A stretch of 64,000 nt of DNA. Source: Parvibaculales bacterium. GTDB lineage: Bacteria > Pseudomonadota > Alphaproteobacteria > RS24. The DNA lies in the NCBI GenBank assembly GCA_049889915.1, contig JBMHCM010000063.1, positions 7,911-71,910 on the forward strand. Direction: 5' to 3'. Under the pieces are notes generated by a model, which was given only the letters and a program-made list of their open reading frames with translations, was not told where the DNA came from and ran no database searches. Shown piece by piece: positions 51,356-60,644 of this stretch. Position 1 is the first letter of the stretch; each line of letters opens with the position of its first letter. A program made the position numbers and the translations under genes.

Positions 51356-52576
51356 ATGGAAACCAATCTTGTAGGCGGCGACGTCTTTTTCATCTTGATG
51401 GGCGCCATTTTGGTGTTCGCCATGCATGCCGGTTTTGCTTTTTTGGAAGTGGGCACGGTACGCAGCAAAAACCAGGTCAATGCGATGGTCAAAATCCTGT
51501 CGGATTTCGGCATTTCGACTTTGGCTTATTTCTTTATCGGCTATTCAGTGGCTTATGGTGTCGACTTCTTTTCGTCAGCCGACACGATTAGCGGCAATGC
51601 CGGCGGCGACACTTACGGTCCGCAAGGTCTGTCGCTAATCAAATTTTTCTTCCTGCTGACATTTGCTGCCGCCATTCCGGCGATTATTTCCGGCGGTATT
51701 GCCGAGCGGGCAAAATTCGTACCGCAATTGCTGGCGTCAGCGGCCATTGTGGCGCTGGTTTATCCGTTTTTTGAAGGGATGATTTGGAACGGCAATTTCG
51801 GCTTCCAAAGCTGGTTGGAAAACACTTTCGGCGCCTCTTTTCATGACTTTGCCGGTTCGGTCGTCGTGCATGGTGTCGGCGGTTGGATTGCCTTTAGTGC
51901 GGTGATTTTGCTGGGCGCCCGTTTGGGCCGCTATGGCGAAAAAGGTCGTGCCTTCCCGCCAAGTTCCATTCCATGGCTGGCGCTCGGCAGCTGGCTTTTG
52001 TGCATTGGTTGGTTCGGCTTTAATGTGGTGTCGGCGCAGTCTTTGGAAGGCGTATCCGGTCTGGTCGCCGTCAACAGCCTGATGGCGATGGTCGGTGGTT
52101 TGCTGGCGGCCCTGCTGTTCGGCAAAAACGATCCAGGCTTTGTGCATAATGGCGCGCTGGCCGGTCTGGTCGCCGTCTGTGCCGGCTCGGATGTCATGCA
52201 TCCGGCAGGCGCCTTGGTCACCGGTATTGTCGCCGGTCTGCTGTTCGTCAAAATGTTCGTCATCTGCCAAGAAAAACTGCAAATTGACGATGTATTGGGC
52301 GTATGGCCGCTGCACGGTCTGGCCGGTGCTTGGGGCGGCATTGCCTGTGGCATTTTCGGCGCTACCGCATTTGGCGGTCTCGGCGGGGTCAGCTTTGCGT
52401 CGCAGCTCATCGGCACGATTGTCGGTTGTGGTTTTGCAGCGATCGCCGGCGCGGTGGTTTATGGTGTGCTGAAGCAAACCATGGGCATTCGCTTGTCGGA
52501 AGAAGAAGAGCATATGGGTGCCGATCTGGCGATCCACAAAATTGCCGCCAATCCGGAAACCGGTTTCGGCAATTAA
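51356..52576 (+). CDS. amt: Ammonium transporter (Amt family)
   Basis: MHAGFAFLE.G, ISGGIAER, HDFAGSVVVH, GWFGFN, NGALAGLVA, DDVLGVWPLHG; both pore His present; ATG at 51356. Confidence 0.95.
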   Translation: METNLVGGDVFFILMGAILVFAMHAGFAFLEVGTVRSKNQVNAMVKILSDFGISTLAYFFIGYSVAYGVDFFSSADTISGNAGGDTYGPQGLSLIKFFFLLTFAAAIPAIISGGIAERAKFVPQLLASAAIVALVYPFFEGMIWNGNFGFQSWLENTFGASFHDFAGSVVVHGVGGWIAFSAVILLGARLGRYGEKGRAFPPSSIPWLALGSWLLCIGWFGFNVVSAQSLEGVSGLVAVNSLMAMVGGLLAALLFGKNDPGFVHNGALAGLVAVCAGSDVMHPAGALVTGIVAGLLFVKMFVICQEKLQIDDVLGVWPLHGLAGAWGGIACGIFGATAFGGLGGVSFASQLIGTIVGCGFAAIAGAVVYGVLKQTMGIRLSEEEEHMGADLAIHKIAANPETGFGN

Positions 52577-52590
52577 GCAGGCGCCGTCTC

Positions 52591-52629
52591 TGCTTTGACC
52601 CAGTGCTTTGCCCCGGCGCTTTGACCCGC
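52591..52629. repeat. 13-bp tandem repeat x3 containing a -35-like hexamer
   Basis: tgctttgacccag / tgctttgccccgg / cgctttgacccgc. Confidence 0.8.
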
Positions 52630-52673
52630 TATCGGGGCTGCGCTAGGGTGGAAGCGGCTGATTCGAACAAGAC

Positions 52674-52712
52674 CCGGGCGGGGCTGTCATAGGCCCCGCC
52701 CGGTTTTCTTTT
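52674..52712 (+). terminator. Terminator-like hairpin abutting the aminotransferase RBS
   Basis: CCGGGCGGGGCT-gtcata-GGCCCCGCCCGG-TTTTCTTTT, then GGAG. Confidence 0.65.
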
Positions 52713-52722
52713 GGAGACCAAT

Positions 52723-53931
52723 ATGCAAACCGGGCCCTTTGACGCCCTTCCGGCTTCCCCTTTCGCCCGCTTGCGCCGCTTGCTGGAGCCGCTGACGCCA
52801 CCTGCCGGCGAGACGGTCTCTCTGGCTTTAGGTGAACCGCAACACGCGCCGCCTGGGTTTGCCATGGAGGCCTTGCGCCACGCCGCGGCAGCTGATTACG
52901 GTCGCTATCCGCCGATTGGCGGCACGGATGAATGGCAAAAAGCGGCGCGTCATTGGTTGACCGAACGGTTTGCGCTGTCGGCAGGTTTGTTGGCCGAAGA
53001 GACACAAGTGCTGCCGCTATCGGGCACCCGCGAAGGGTTGTTTTTGGCTGCCCAATTGGCGCCACAAAAATCTGATGGTCTGATGGCCATGCCTAATCCG
53101 TTTTACCAAGTCTATGCCAGCGCGGCGGTGGCGGCCGGTGCCACGCCGGTTTATCTTGATGCGCCGCAAGAAGCCGGTTTCTTGCCCGACCTCGGCGCGT
53201 TGTCAGCGGATGTGCTGACCCGCTTGCGGGCGCTTTATTTGTGCAGCCCAGCCAACCCGCAAGGGGCGATCGCCTCAGAAGCCTATTTGCAATCGGCTTA
53301 CCAACTGGCCAAACAGCATGATTTTTTGCTGCTGGTCGATGAGTGCTATAGCGAGATATATGACGCCGCACCGCCGCCCTCCATGTTGCAAATCATCGAT
53401 GCGGCGCAAGACGCTGATGCGCCGGTGCTGGTGTTCCACTCTTTGTCAAAACGCTCAAACCTCGCCGGTCTGCGCTCCGGCTTGGTGACCGGCGGCCGCA
53501 GTGCCATAGCGGCGTTTCATAAATTACGCATGGTGGCCGGGCCGCAAACTCCATTGCCCAGTTTGCAGGCCGCCGCTTTGGCTTGGGCCGATACGGCGCA
53601 TGTCGCCGACAATCGCGCGCTGTATCGCCGGAAAATCGATTTGGCTGAACAGATATTCGCCGACAGCTATGGTTTTTATCGCCCGGAAGGTGGGTTTTTC
53701 CTCTGGCTGCGGGTTGGCGATGGCGAAAAAGCGGCGGCGCATTTATGGCGTCATGCCGGTTTGCGGGTGCTGCCCGGCGCCTATCTGACGCAAGACACTG
53801 CCGCTGGCAATATCGGCGCACCCTATATTCGCGTCGCGTTGGTTGCCGGTTTGGAAGATTTGCAAGCGGCCCTGCCGCGCCTTAAACAAGCGCTTGATGA
53901 AGGCGGTTTTGCTGATGAGGCGGCGGCATGA
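52723..53931 (+). CDS. Class I/II PLP aminotransferase (DapC-like)
   Basis: [53 protein letters not shown]; overlaps the ftsK start. Confidence 0.88.
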   Translation: MQTGPFDALPASPFARLRRLLEPLTPPAGETVSLALGEPQHAPPGFAMEALRHAAAADYGRYPPIGGTDEWQKAARHWLTERFALSAGLLAEETQVLPLSGTREGLFLAAQLAPQKSDGLMAMPNPFYQVYASAAVAAGATPVYLDAPQEAGFLPDLGALSADVLTRLRALYLCSPANPQGAIASEAYLQSAYQLAKQHDFLLLVDECYSEIYDAAPPPSMLQIIDAAQDADAPVLVFHSLSKRSNLAGLRSGLVTGGRSAIAAFHKLRMVAGPQTPLPSLQAAALAWADTAHVADNRALYRRKIDLAEQIFADSYGFYRPEGGFFLWLRVGDGEKAAAHLWRHAGLRVLPGAYLTQDTAAGNIGAPYIRVALVAGLEDLQAALPRLKQALDEGGFADEAAA

Positions 53932-56372
53932 AGGGGCGGGTTTATTTTGCTGAAATCATCTGGCCGCAGAGCAAAAGAGTGATCGGCTTTCTCTGGCAAC
54001 GCATCAGTGCGGCGCTGTTGCTGCTGCTGGTCGGCTATTGCGCACTGGCCATTTTGGGCTTTGACCCGCGCGATGCCAGCCTCAACACCTCAAGCGGCGC
54101 GCCACCGGCCAATTGGCTGGGTCGTCCGGGGGCATTTTTGGCCGATATGGTGTTGCAGCTGATGGGGCTGGCCATTTGGTTAGTGCTGTTGCCTTTGGCG
54201 GCGCGCGCCACACGGCAAATGTTCGGCACCCATTTGAGCCATCCCAATTGGCGCTTTATTGCGGCGCTCACAGCCCCGCTTTTAATGGCCTTGGCCTTGG
54301 CGTTGGGCGGCCGTGACGCATCACCCTATGAGCCGTTTCCCGGCGGTGCGCTGGGTCAGCTTTTGGCCGATGGGGTGGAGGCCGCTCTCGGCGTCATGCA
54401 GCTTTATCCAAGCCGCGATACCGAGCTTGCTTTGGCCGGCCTATGTGCTGCCTTGGCCATAGTGATTGCCCTATTTGCTGCCGGACTGGTGCGCAGTTTC
54501 TGGCAGGCCGTGCGGTTTGGCGGACAAAAAACGGTCGCCTTGGTGACCGGTGCGCCGTCGCAGCTGAGCCAAAAGGTAAGCCAAAAAATCAGCCGCACGG
54601 CAGATGGCAGCGCCGCCCTGCGCGGTCGGCTGGCCGGTGTATTGGAAAAATTGCGCCGCGCCGAGGCAGCCTCTGCACCGTCCGCTTCGTCGGCCTCCGA
54701 CATGGCGATATCGGCTCAGCCATCCCCGCCAGGCGCACCACCAACTTCCCCCGCGGTCTCGTCAACGTCCGCACCGGTTGTGCCGCAAGTCGAGGTCACA
54801 ACACCCAGCGGCAAGCCGAAACCGGGCAAGCGCGCCAAAGCGGAGGCGCAACCGCGCTTGGCCTTGGACGGCGCTTCTGACAAGGCGGGCAGCCATCAAT
54901 TGCCGCCGCTGACCCTGTTGACCGAACATCAACCGGTCAAGCAAACCGCCGCCCTGTCGAAGGATGCGCTGGAGGCCAATGCCCGCATGTTGGAAACCGT
55001 GCTGGCCGATTTCGGCATTAAGGGCAGCATCGGTAAAGTGCGCCCCGGCCCGGTGGTGACGCTTTATGAATTGGAACCGGCGGCCGGTGTGCGCTCCTCG
55101 CGCGTAGTCGGTTTGGCCGATGATATTGCCCGGTCGATGAGCGCCGTCTCAGCCCGTGTTGCGCCGGTGCCGGGTGCCAATGTTATTGGTATTGAATTGC
55201 CCAATCACACACGCGAGCTGGTGTCATTGCGCGAGCTGTTGTCGAGCCGTGACTTTGAAAGCGGCAAGTCGAAACTGACTATGGCGCTGGGCAAGGATAT
55301 TGGCGGCGCGCCGGTGATGAGCGATTTGGCCCGCATGCCGCATCTCTTGGTCGCCGGCACTACGGGTTCGGGTAAATCGGTCGGTATCAATACGATGATT
55401 TTGTCGCTGCTTTATCGGCTGACGCCGGAGCAATGCCGATTGATTTTGGTCGATCCGAAAATGCTCGAATTATCGGTTTATGATGGCATTCCGCATTTGC
55501 TGGCGCCGGTTGTCACCGAGCCGAAAAAAGCCGTGGTGGCGCTAAAATGGGTGGTCCAGGAAATGGAAAACCGCTACCGCAAAATGGCCAAAATCGGCGT
55601 CCGCAATATTGACGGCTTTAACGAACGGATGCGTGAGGCACAAAAATCCGGCGAGACCTTATCGCGCCGTGTGCAGACCGGCTTTGATCCGGAAACCGGC
55701 GAGGCGATTTTTGAAGAAGAGAGCATTGAGCCGGAAGTGCTGCCCTTCATCGTTGTGGTGATTGATGAAATGGCCGATCTGATGATGGTCGCCGGTAAGG
55801 ATATTGAAGCGGCCGTGCAGCGTTTGGCGCAAATGGCGCGGGCCGCCGGTGTGCATTTGATAACGGCCACGCAGCGGCCTTCGGTTGACGTCATCACCGG
55901 CACCATTAAAGCCAATTTCCCAAGCCGTATTTCTTTTCAAGTCACCTCAAAAATCGACAGCCGCACCGTGCTGGGCGAGCAAGGCGCCGAGCAATTATTG
56001 GGGCAGGGCGATATGTTGTTTATGGGCGGCGGTGGCCGTGTGCAGCGTGTGCATGGGCCGTTTGTCTCCGATGAAGAAGTCGAAAAAGTTGTCAGCTTTT
56101 TGAAAGCGCAAGGGGCGCCCGAATATATTGAGCAAGTGACCAAAGAGCCGGAAGAGGCCCCCGATATGGGCGAGCCGAGCGGTGACAGCCTTTATGACCA
56201 AGCGGTGGCCATTGTCACCCGCGATGGTCGCGCCTCGACCTCTTATGTGCAGCGGCGGTTGCAAATCGGCTATAACCGCGCCGCCCGCTTGATTGAACAA
56301 ATGGAAGAACAAGGCGTTATCAGCCCGCCCAACCATGCCGGCAAGCGCGAAATTTTAGTGGACAAACATTAA
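53928..56372 (+). CDS. ftsK: DNA translocase FtsK
   Basis: N-terminal TM segments, [34 protein letters not shown], gamma-domain IGYNRAAR. Confidence 0.98.
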   Translation: MKGRVYFAEIIWPQSKRVIGFLWQRISAALLLLLVGYCALAILGFDPRDASLNTSSGAPPANWLGRPGAFLADMVLQLMGLAIWLVLLPLAARATRQMFGTHLSHPNWRFIAALTAPLLMALALALGGRDASPYEPFPGGALGQLLADGVEAALGVMQLYPSRDTELALAGLCAALAIVIALFAAGLVRSFWQAVRFGGQKTVALVTGAPSQLSQKVSQKISRTADGSAALRGRLAGVLEKLRRAEAASAPSASSASDMAISAQPSPPGAPPTSPAVSSTSAPVVPQVEVTTPSGKPKPGKRAKAEAQPRLALDGASDKAGSHQLPPLTLLTEHQPVKQTAALSKDALEANARMLETVLADFGIKGSIGKVRPGPVVTLYELEPAAGVRSSRVVGLADDIARSMSAVSARVAPVPGANVIGIELPNHTRELVSLRELLSSRDFESGKSKLTMALGKDIGGAPVMSDLARMPHLLVAGTTGSGKSVGINTMILSLLYRLTPEQCRLILVDPKMLELSVYDGIPHLLAPVVTEPKKAVVALKWVVQEMENRYRKMAKIGVRNIDGFNERMREAQKSGETLSRRVQTGFDPETGEAIFEEESIEPEVLPFIVVVIDEMADLMMVAGKDIEAAVQRLAQMARAAGVHLITATQRPSVDVITGTIKANFPSRISFQVTSKIDSRTVLGEQGAEQLLGQGDMLFMGGGGRVQRVHGPFVSDEEVEKVVSFLKAQGAPEYIEQVTKEPEEAPDMGEPSGDSLYDQAVAIVTRDGRASTSYVQRRLQIGYNRAARLIEQMEEQGVISPPNHAGKREILVDKH

Positions 56373-57004
56373 TGCGCCGCCTCGGAATGTCTCTTTCTCT
56401 CACACGCGTGTTGGCTCTCAAACTCACGCTGGCACTGTCTGTCACCCTTATCATGCCGTTTGCCACGAAAGCTCAGGACGCGGCGCAATTGGCACGCATC
56501 AATAAGGCCTTACAAGACATGCCGCCGCAAAGCGGTGGCTTTGTGCAGCAACAAGCCAATGGCAGTCTCTTGCGCGGCACCTATCATATGCATTGGCCCA
56601 ACCGCTTGCGCTTTGCTTATGGCGCCGATGGGCCGGTTATCACCGTCAGGAAAAATTTTCTCGCCGTTCAGGACGCGCCGCGGGCCGAGCCGAATTGGCT
56701 GCCGGTCAGCCTGACCCCTTTGGCGCTCATTCGCCAAGCCGTTGCTGATGGGGTGCAGCCGGAAATGGCGGTGGCGTTTGACGCGCAGCCCAGCTATTGG
56801 GCGCTCAGTCTGAAAGACCCAAGCGGTGAAACACCCGGTCAAGCGACATTGTATTTCAGCCAACCCGATGGCCAGCTGATGGGCTGGCAATTGGTCGATG
56901 TACAAAATCTCGTGACGCAAGTGCAATTGGTTGACCGACAAACCCATCAATCGCTGGACGAGGCGGTCTTCGCGATCGATTATGACAGCGAGGATGAGGA
57001 GTAA
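56372..57004 (+). CDS. lolA: Outer-membrane lipoprotein carrier LolA-like protein
   Basis: Signal peptide, GGFVQ, PNRLRFAY, TPL, W.LVD; directly after ftsK. Confidence 0.75.
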   Translation: MRRLGMSLSLTRVLALKLTLALSVTLIMPFATKAQDAAQLARINKALQDMPPQSGGFVQQQANGSLLRGTYHMHWPNRLRFAYGADGPVITVRKNFLAVQDAPRAEPNWLPVSLTPLALIRQAVADGVQPEMAVAFDAQPSYWALSLKDPSGETPGQATLYFSQPDGQLMGWQLVDVQNLVTQVQLVDRQTHQSLDEAVFAIDYDSEDEE

Positions 57005-57007
57005 GTA

Positions 57008-57664
57008 ATGCGCAAAATGGGACAAGAAACCGATTGGCAACCCGATGCCGACAGCCTGTTGGCTTTGGAGGCGGAGATTCCCTTGCTGTCCGTGTTGCGC
57101 GATTTCACCGAGCGGGCGCAGCGGGCCCGTTGGTTTGCCGAATTGGGCGAACCGCTGGACGATAAAACACAGAAAATTGCCCGTGCCTATTTGGACGGTC
57201 TGGGCTTTCCCGATGCCGATGCGGTCGGTGTGCCCGATTGGGATGATGCGTTGGATGCGGCCGCCAGTCTCGACCTCAATGCGGAAGCCTGGGAGGCGGA
57301 AGAACAATTGCGCGCCGCCGTAATGGACGAGGTGCTGGGCGTGGTCAGCGAAGAGGGGCTAGGTGTCATGTTGGCCCATTTGGCAGCGCAATTGGCCGGA
57401 CAAGTGCCAGAAATGATCGACGAGGCACTCATGTTGGCCGATGAAGCACCCGACAGCATTCGTGATTTGGCAGTCGGGGCAGCGCAACAAGCGGCCCATG
57501 GTGGCGCCTTGGCGCTGTTGGCGGCAGCCGTGCAGGCGGCCATTCATGACGACATGCAGCTTGGCGAAGTAGCGCTGGAGCACCCGCTTTTGCTGCGTTA
57601 CAGGCTGTTTGAACTGGGCCGATGGCCGCTTGGCTTAAGCGGCCGCACACTGAATTTATTTTAA
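57008..57664 (+). CDS. Conserved hypothetical acidic protein
   Basis: 3 nt after lolA; WFAELGEPL, WEAEEQLR, C-terminal LFELGRWPLG...LF; start at 57008 or 57017. Confidence 0.75.
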   Translation: MRKMGQETDWQPDADSLLALEAEIPLLSVLRDFTERAQRARWFAELGEPLDDKTQKIARAYLDGLGFPDADAVGVPDWDDALDAAASLDLNAEAWEAEEQLRAAVMDEVLGVVSEEGLGVMLAHLAAQLAGQVPEMIDEALMLADEAPDSIRDLAVGAAQQAAHGGALALLAAAVQAAIHDDMQLGEVALEHPLLLRYRLFELGRWPLGLSGRTLNLF

Positions 57665-57689
57665 CACGAACCGGTTGGACGAATTGGAT

Positions 57690-58526
57690 ATGCAAGACTA
57701 TCAAGGACGATTGGCGATTGTCACCGGCGCGGCCGAGGGCATTGGCGCCATGCTGGCCGAAGGGTTGGCGCGGGCTGGCATGAGCGTGGCGATTTTGGAC
57801 ATTCAACAGGCCGCCGCGCAAGCGACGGCGGATAGGCTGAGCCGGCAAACCGGCAGCCCGTGTTTTGCCGTGCCGGTCGATGTCAGCGATCGTGACGCCT
57901 TACTGCAGGTAGCGGAGGATTTGCAAGCGCGGCCTGAGCCATGGGGGCTGGTTTGGATCAATGCCGGGGTTGGCGTTGGCGCGCGCCTGGTCGGCGGTAA
58001 TCCGAAGGCCGTTGAATGGGGCTATGGTGTCAATGTGCTGGGCGCCATTTGGACGGCGCAGGCTTTTCTGCCACCGCTTTTTGCCACCAATGATGGCGGT
58101 GTGCGGCATATCGGTTTCACCGCGTCGTCGGCGGCTTTGGCCGAGCCGCAAGCGCCGCTGACATTATATGCGGCCAGCAAGCATGCCAGCCTTGGCTTGG
58201 CCGAAGGGTTGCGGGCTGAGGCGGCGGCGCAAGACGTGCCGATGACAATTTTATGCCCCGGCCTGTTGAACACCGATATTTGGGATGCGGCGCGCGCCCG
58301 ACCGGAAAAGTTCGGCGGACCGAAACGCATGGACCCGTCAATCTCCGGCCAATGGAAACAGGCCTTGAAGCCCGAAACCATGTGGCTGCATATTGCCGAC
58401 AAGCTGGCCGGTCAGGGCGGTTACTTGGCCTGTCTGCCGCCCGGTGATCGGCGCGGTGATATTGAAGCGCGCATGCAGGCTTGGCAGGATGCGATTGTGG
58501 TTTTGGACGAGAAAGACGGATTTTGA
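57690..58526 (+). CDS. SDR family oxidoreductase
   Basis: IVTGAAEGIG, DVSD, NAGVG, TASS, YAASK, LCPG. Confidence 0.9.
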   Translation: MQDYQGRLAIVTGAAEGIGAMLAEGLARAGMSVAILDIQQAAAQATADRLSRQTGSPCFAVPVDVSDRDALLQVAEDLQARPEPWGLVWINAGVGVGARLVGGNPKAVEWGYGVNVLGAIWTAQAFLPPLFATNDGGVRHIGFTASSAALAEPQAPLTLYAASKHASLGLAEGLRAEAAAQDVPMTILCPGLLNTDIWDAARARPEKFGGPKRMDPSISGQWKQALKPETMWLHIADKLAGQGGYLACLPPGDRRGDIEARMQAWQDAIVVLDEKDGF

Positions 58527-59323
58527 TGCGTATTGTTTCATGGAACATTAATTCAGTGCGGCTGCGCGAGCCGCTGGTTTTGCAGCTTATCAAACAGCTC
58601 AAGCCGGACGTCATTTGCCTGCAGGAAACCAAATGTCCGAATGACAGTTTTCCCGAGAAAGCCTTTAAAAAAGCCGGTTTCGCTCATATCGCAAAAAACG
58701 GCATTAAGGGCTATCACGGGGTGGCGACCTTGTCGAAACACCCGTTTATCAGCCAGGATTATACTGAATTTTGCGGCAAGCAGGATGGCCGCCACATGCA
58801 GACCGTCATTGATTATCGCGGCGCCCCGCTGGCCATTGAAAATTTTTATGTGCCGGCCGGCGGTGATGAGCCCGACCCGACGGTAAACGAAAAATTCGAC
58901 CATAAATTGAAATTCCTCAAACAAATGGCCAAGCAGTTTAAGGCGGCGGATAAAACCGCGCCGGCTTCTGTGCTGCTGGGTGATTTGAATATTGCGCCGG
59001 GGGAGCATGATGTCTGGTCGTCCAAACAATTGAAAAATGTCGTCAGCCATACGGCGGTGGAAATCACCCAATTGGCCAAAGTGCAGGCCAGCCGCGATTG
59101 GGATGATGTGGCGCGCCGCTTCGTTCCGCCGGAGGAAAAATTATATAGCTGGTGGTCCTATCGGGCGCGTGATTGGGCGGCCTCCGATCGCGGGCGGCGG
59201 CTTGACCATATTTGGGTGACGCCGGATATCAGCGCGCAGGTGAAAAACTACGCCGTGTTGCGCGAGGCCCGTGCCTGGGAGCGGCCCTCTGACCATGCGC
59301 CGATTTATATCGACCTCGCCTGA
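58526..59323 (+). CDS. xth: Exodeoxyribonuclease III
   Basis: SWNINSVR, LQETK, YHGVA, GDLNIAP, SWWSYR, RLDHIW, SDHAP. Confidence 0.96.
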   Translation: MRIVSWNINSVRLREPLVLQLIKQLKPDVICLQETKCPNDSFPEKAFKKAGFAHIAKNGIKGYHGVATLSKHPFISQDYTEFCGKQDGRHMQTVIDYRGAPLAIENFYVPAGGDEPDPTVNEKFDHKLKFLKQMAKQFKAADKTAPASVLLGDLNIAPGEHDVWSSKQLKNVVSHTAVEITQLAKVQASRDWDDVARRFVPPEEKLYSWWSYRARDWAASDRGRRLDHIWVTPDISAQVKNYAVLREARAWERPSDHAPIYIDLA

Positions 59324-59383
59324 CCTGTCGCTATCGGGGAATTTTTTCTAGGCAGATTTTTATCGCTGTGTCAGCATATACAG

Positions 59384-60547
59384 ATGAGCGATTTTGATAT
59401 CACCACCGCAATGCAGACGGATGCGTTTGCTGCTTTGTGCGCCAGTGCGGCGGCGCAAGCCGAGGCGACCGAGGCGGCACGCGCCGTGCCGCGCCAGCTG
59501 GCCGAGGCGATGGCGGCGCAAGGCTTGTTTGCCCTTTACGTGCCGGAAAAATTTGCCGGCCGGCAAGACGACCCGCTGCTGGCCAATAGCAAATTATATC
59601 ATTTGGCGCGCCATGATGCGGCCAGCGCTTGGGTGGCGATGATTGGCTCAACCGCCTCGATTGGCGCGGCCTATTTACCCGATGATGTGGCCGGCAGCTT
59701 ATATGGCGGCGGCACCGCCATCACCTGCGGTATTTTTGCCCCGCAAGGCACGGCTGTTGCGGATGGCGAAGATTATATCGTCAATGGCCGTTGGGCATGG
59801 GCGTCAGGTTCGGCCAATGCCAGCCATATCGGGCTCGGCTGCCGCATTGCAACGGACGCGCCGGAGAGCGAAAAAATGCCGGAAACGCGGCTGCTTATGC
59901 TGCCAGTCGAGGCGCTTATCAAGCATGATAATTGGTATACGCTGGGTCTGTGCGGCTCGTCTTCGGGCGATGTTGAGGCGGTCGATATTCGGGTGCCACA
60001 AAGCCATAGTTTTTCCATTTTGACCGAGGCGCCGCGGGTCGATGCGCCGCTTTATCGGATGCCTTATTTTGGCCTATTGGCCAGCGGCATTGCCGCCATC
60101 GCCTTGGGTAATGGCCGCGCCGCTTTGGATGATTTTATCGATTTGGCGCAAGCCAAAACCCCGACCGGCACCGGCAAAACACTGGCCCAGCGCGCCACTG
60201 TGCAGGCCCGCTTGGCCGAGGCGGAAGCGACATGGCGCGCCGCCAATAGCTATTTCTGGCAGACGCTGGAAGATGTTTGGGGGGTTGCAAAAAGCGACAA
60301 GTCTCTGGATGAAAACCTGCGCGCCGATTTTCGATTGGCCGCCACCCATGCGGTGCGTCAGGCCTTGCAGGTGGTGCGCGATATGCATGATTTGGCTGGC
60401 GGCACGGCGGTTTATAAAACCAGCCCCTTGCAACGCCGCCTGCGCGATGGCGAAACCATGACGCAACATGTAATGACCAATGTGGCCAGCTATGAAATGG
60501 TCGGCCGCGTGCAATTGGGTGGCTTTCGCCCCGACATGTTGCTTTAG
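59384..60547 (+). CDS. Acyl-CoA dehydrogenase-fold flavin-dependent monooxygenase (HsaA/IacA-like)
   Basis: DAASAW, NGRWAWASGS, WYTLGLCGSSS, AGGTAVY..SPLQRRLRD. Confidence 0.8.
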   Translation: MSDFDITTAMQTDAFAALCASAAAQAEATEAARAVPRQLAEAMAAQGLFALYVPEKFAGRQDDPLLANSKLYHLARHDAASAWVAMIGSTASIGAAYLPDDVAGSLYGGGTAITCGIFAPQGTAVADGEDYIVNGRWAWASGSANASHIGLGCRIATDAPESEKMPETRLLMLPVEALIKHDNWYTLGLCGSSSGDVEAVDIRVPQSHSFSILTEAPRVDAPLYRMPYFGLLASGIAAIALGNGRAALDDFIDLAQAKTPTGTGKTLAQRATVQARLAEAEATWRAANSYFWQTLEDVWGVAKSDKSLDENLRADFRLAATHAVRQALQVVRDMHDLAGGTAVYKTSPLQRRLRDGETMTQHVMTNVASYEMVGRVQLGGFRPDMLL

Positions 60548-60569
60548 CCAAGTTTGGCCCTGCGACAAA

Positions 60570-60584
60570 TTAAACCGCCATTAA
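60570..60584. promoter_or_regulatory. CtrA-box-like site
   Basis: TTAA-accgcca-TTAA just upstream of TTGCCG-N18-TAGCAT. Confidence 0.4.
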
Positions 60585-60644
60585 GGACTTGCCGCAAGCT
60601 TATGCGGGCGCCTAGCATCAAGCAAAGTAAATGGGAGATTTCAT

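Noticed and set aside
20028-56008. KOPS-like GGGCAGGG octamers (about 20028, 44275, 50338, 56001; reverse at about 50089) as replichore markers
   Set aside because: Few sites and mixed orientation; a genome-wide count is needed.
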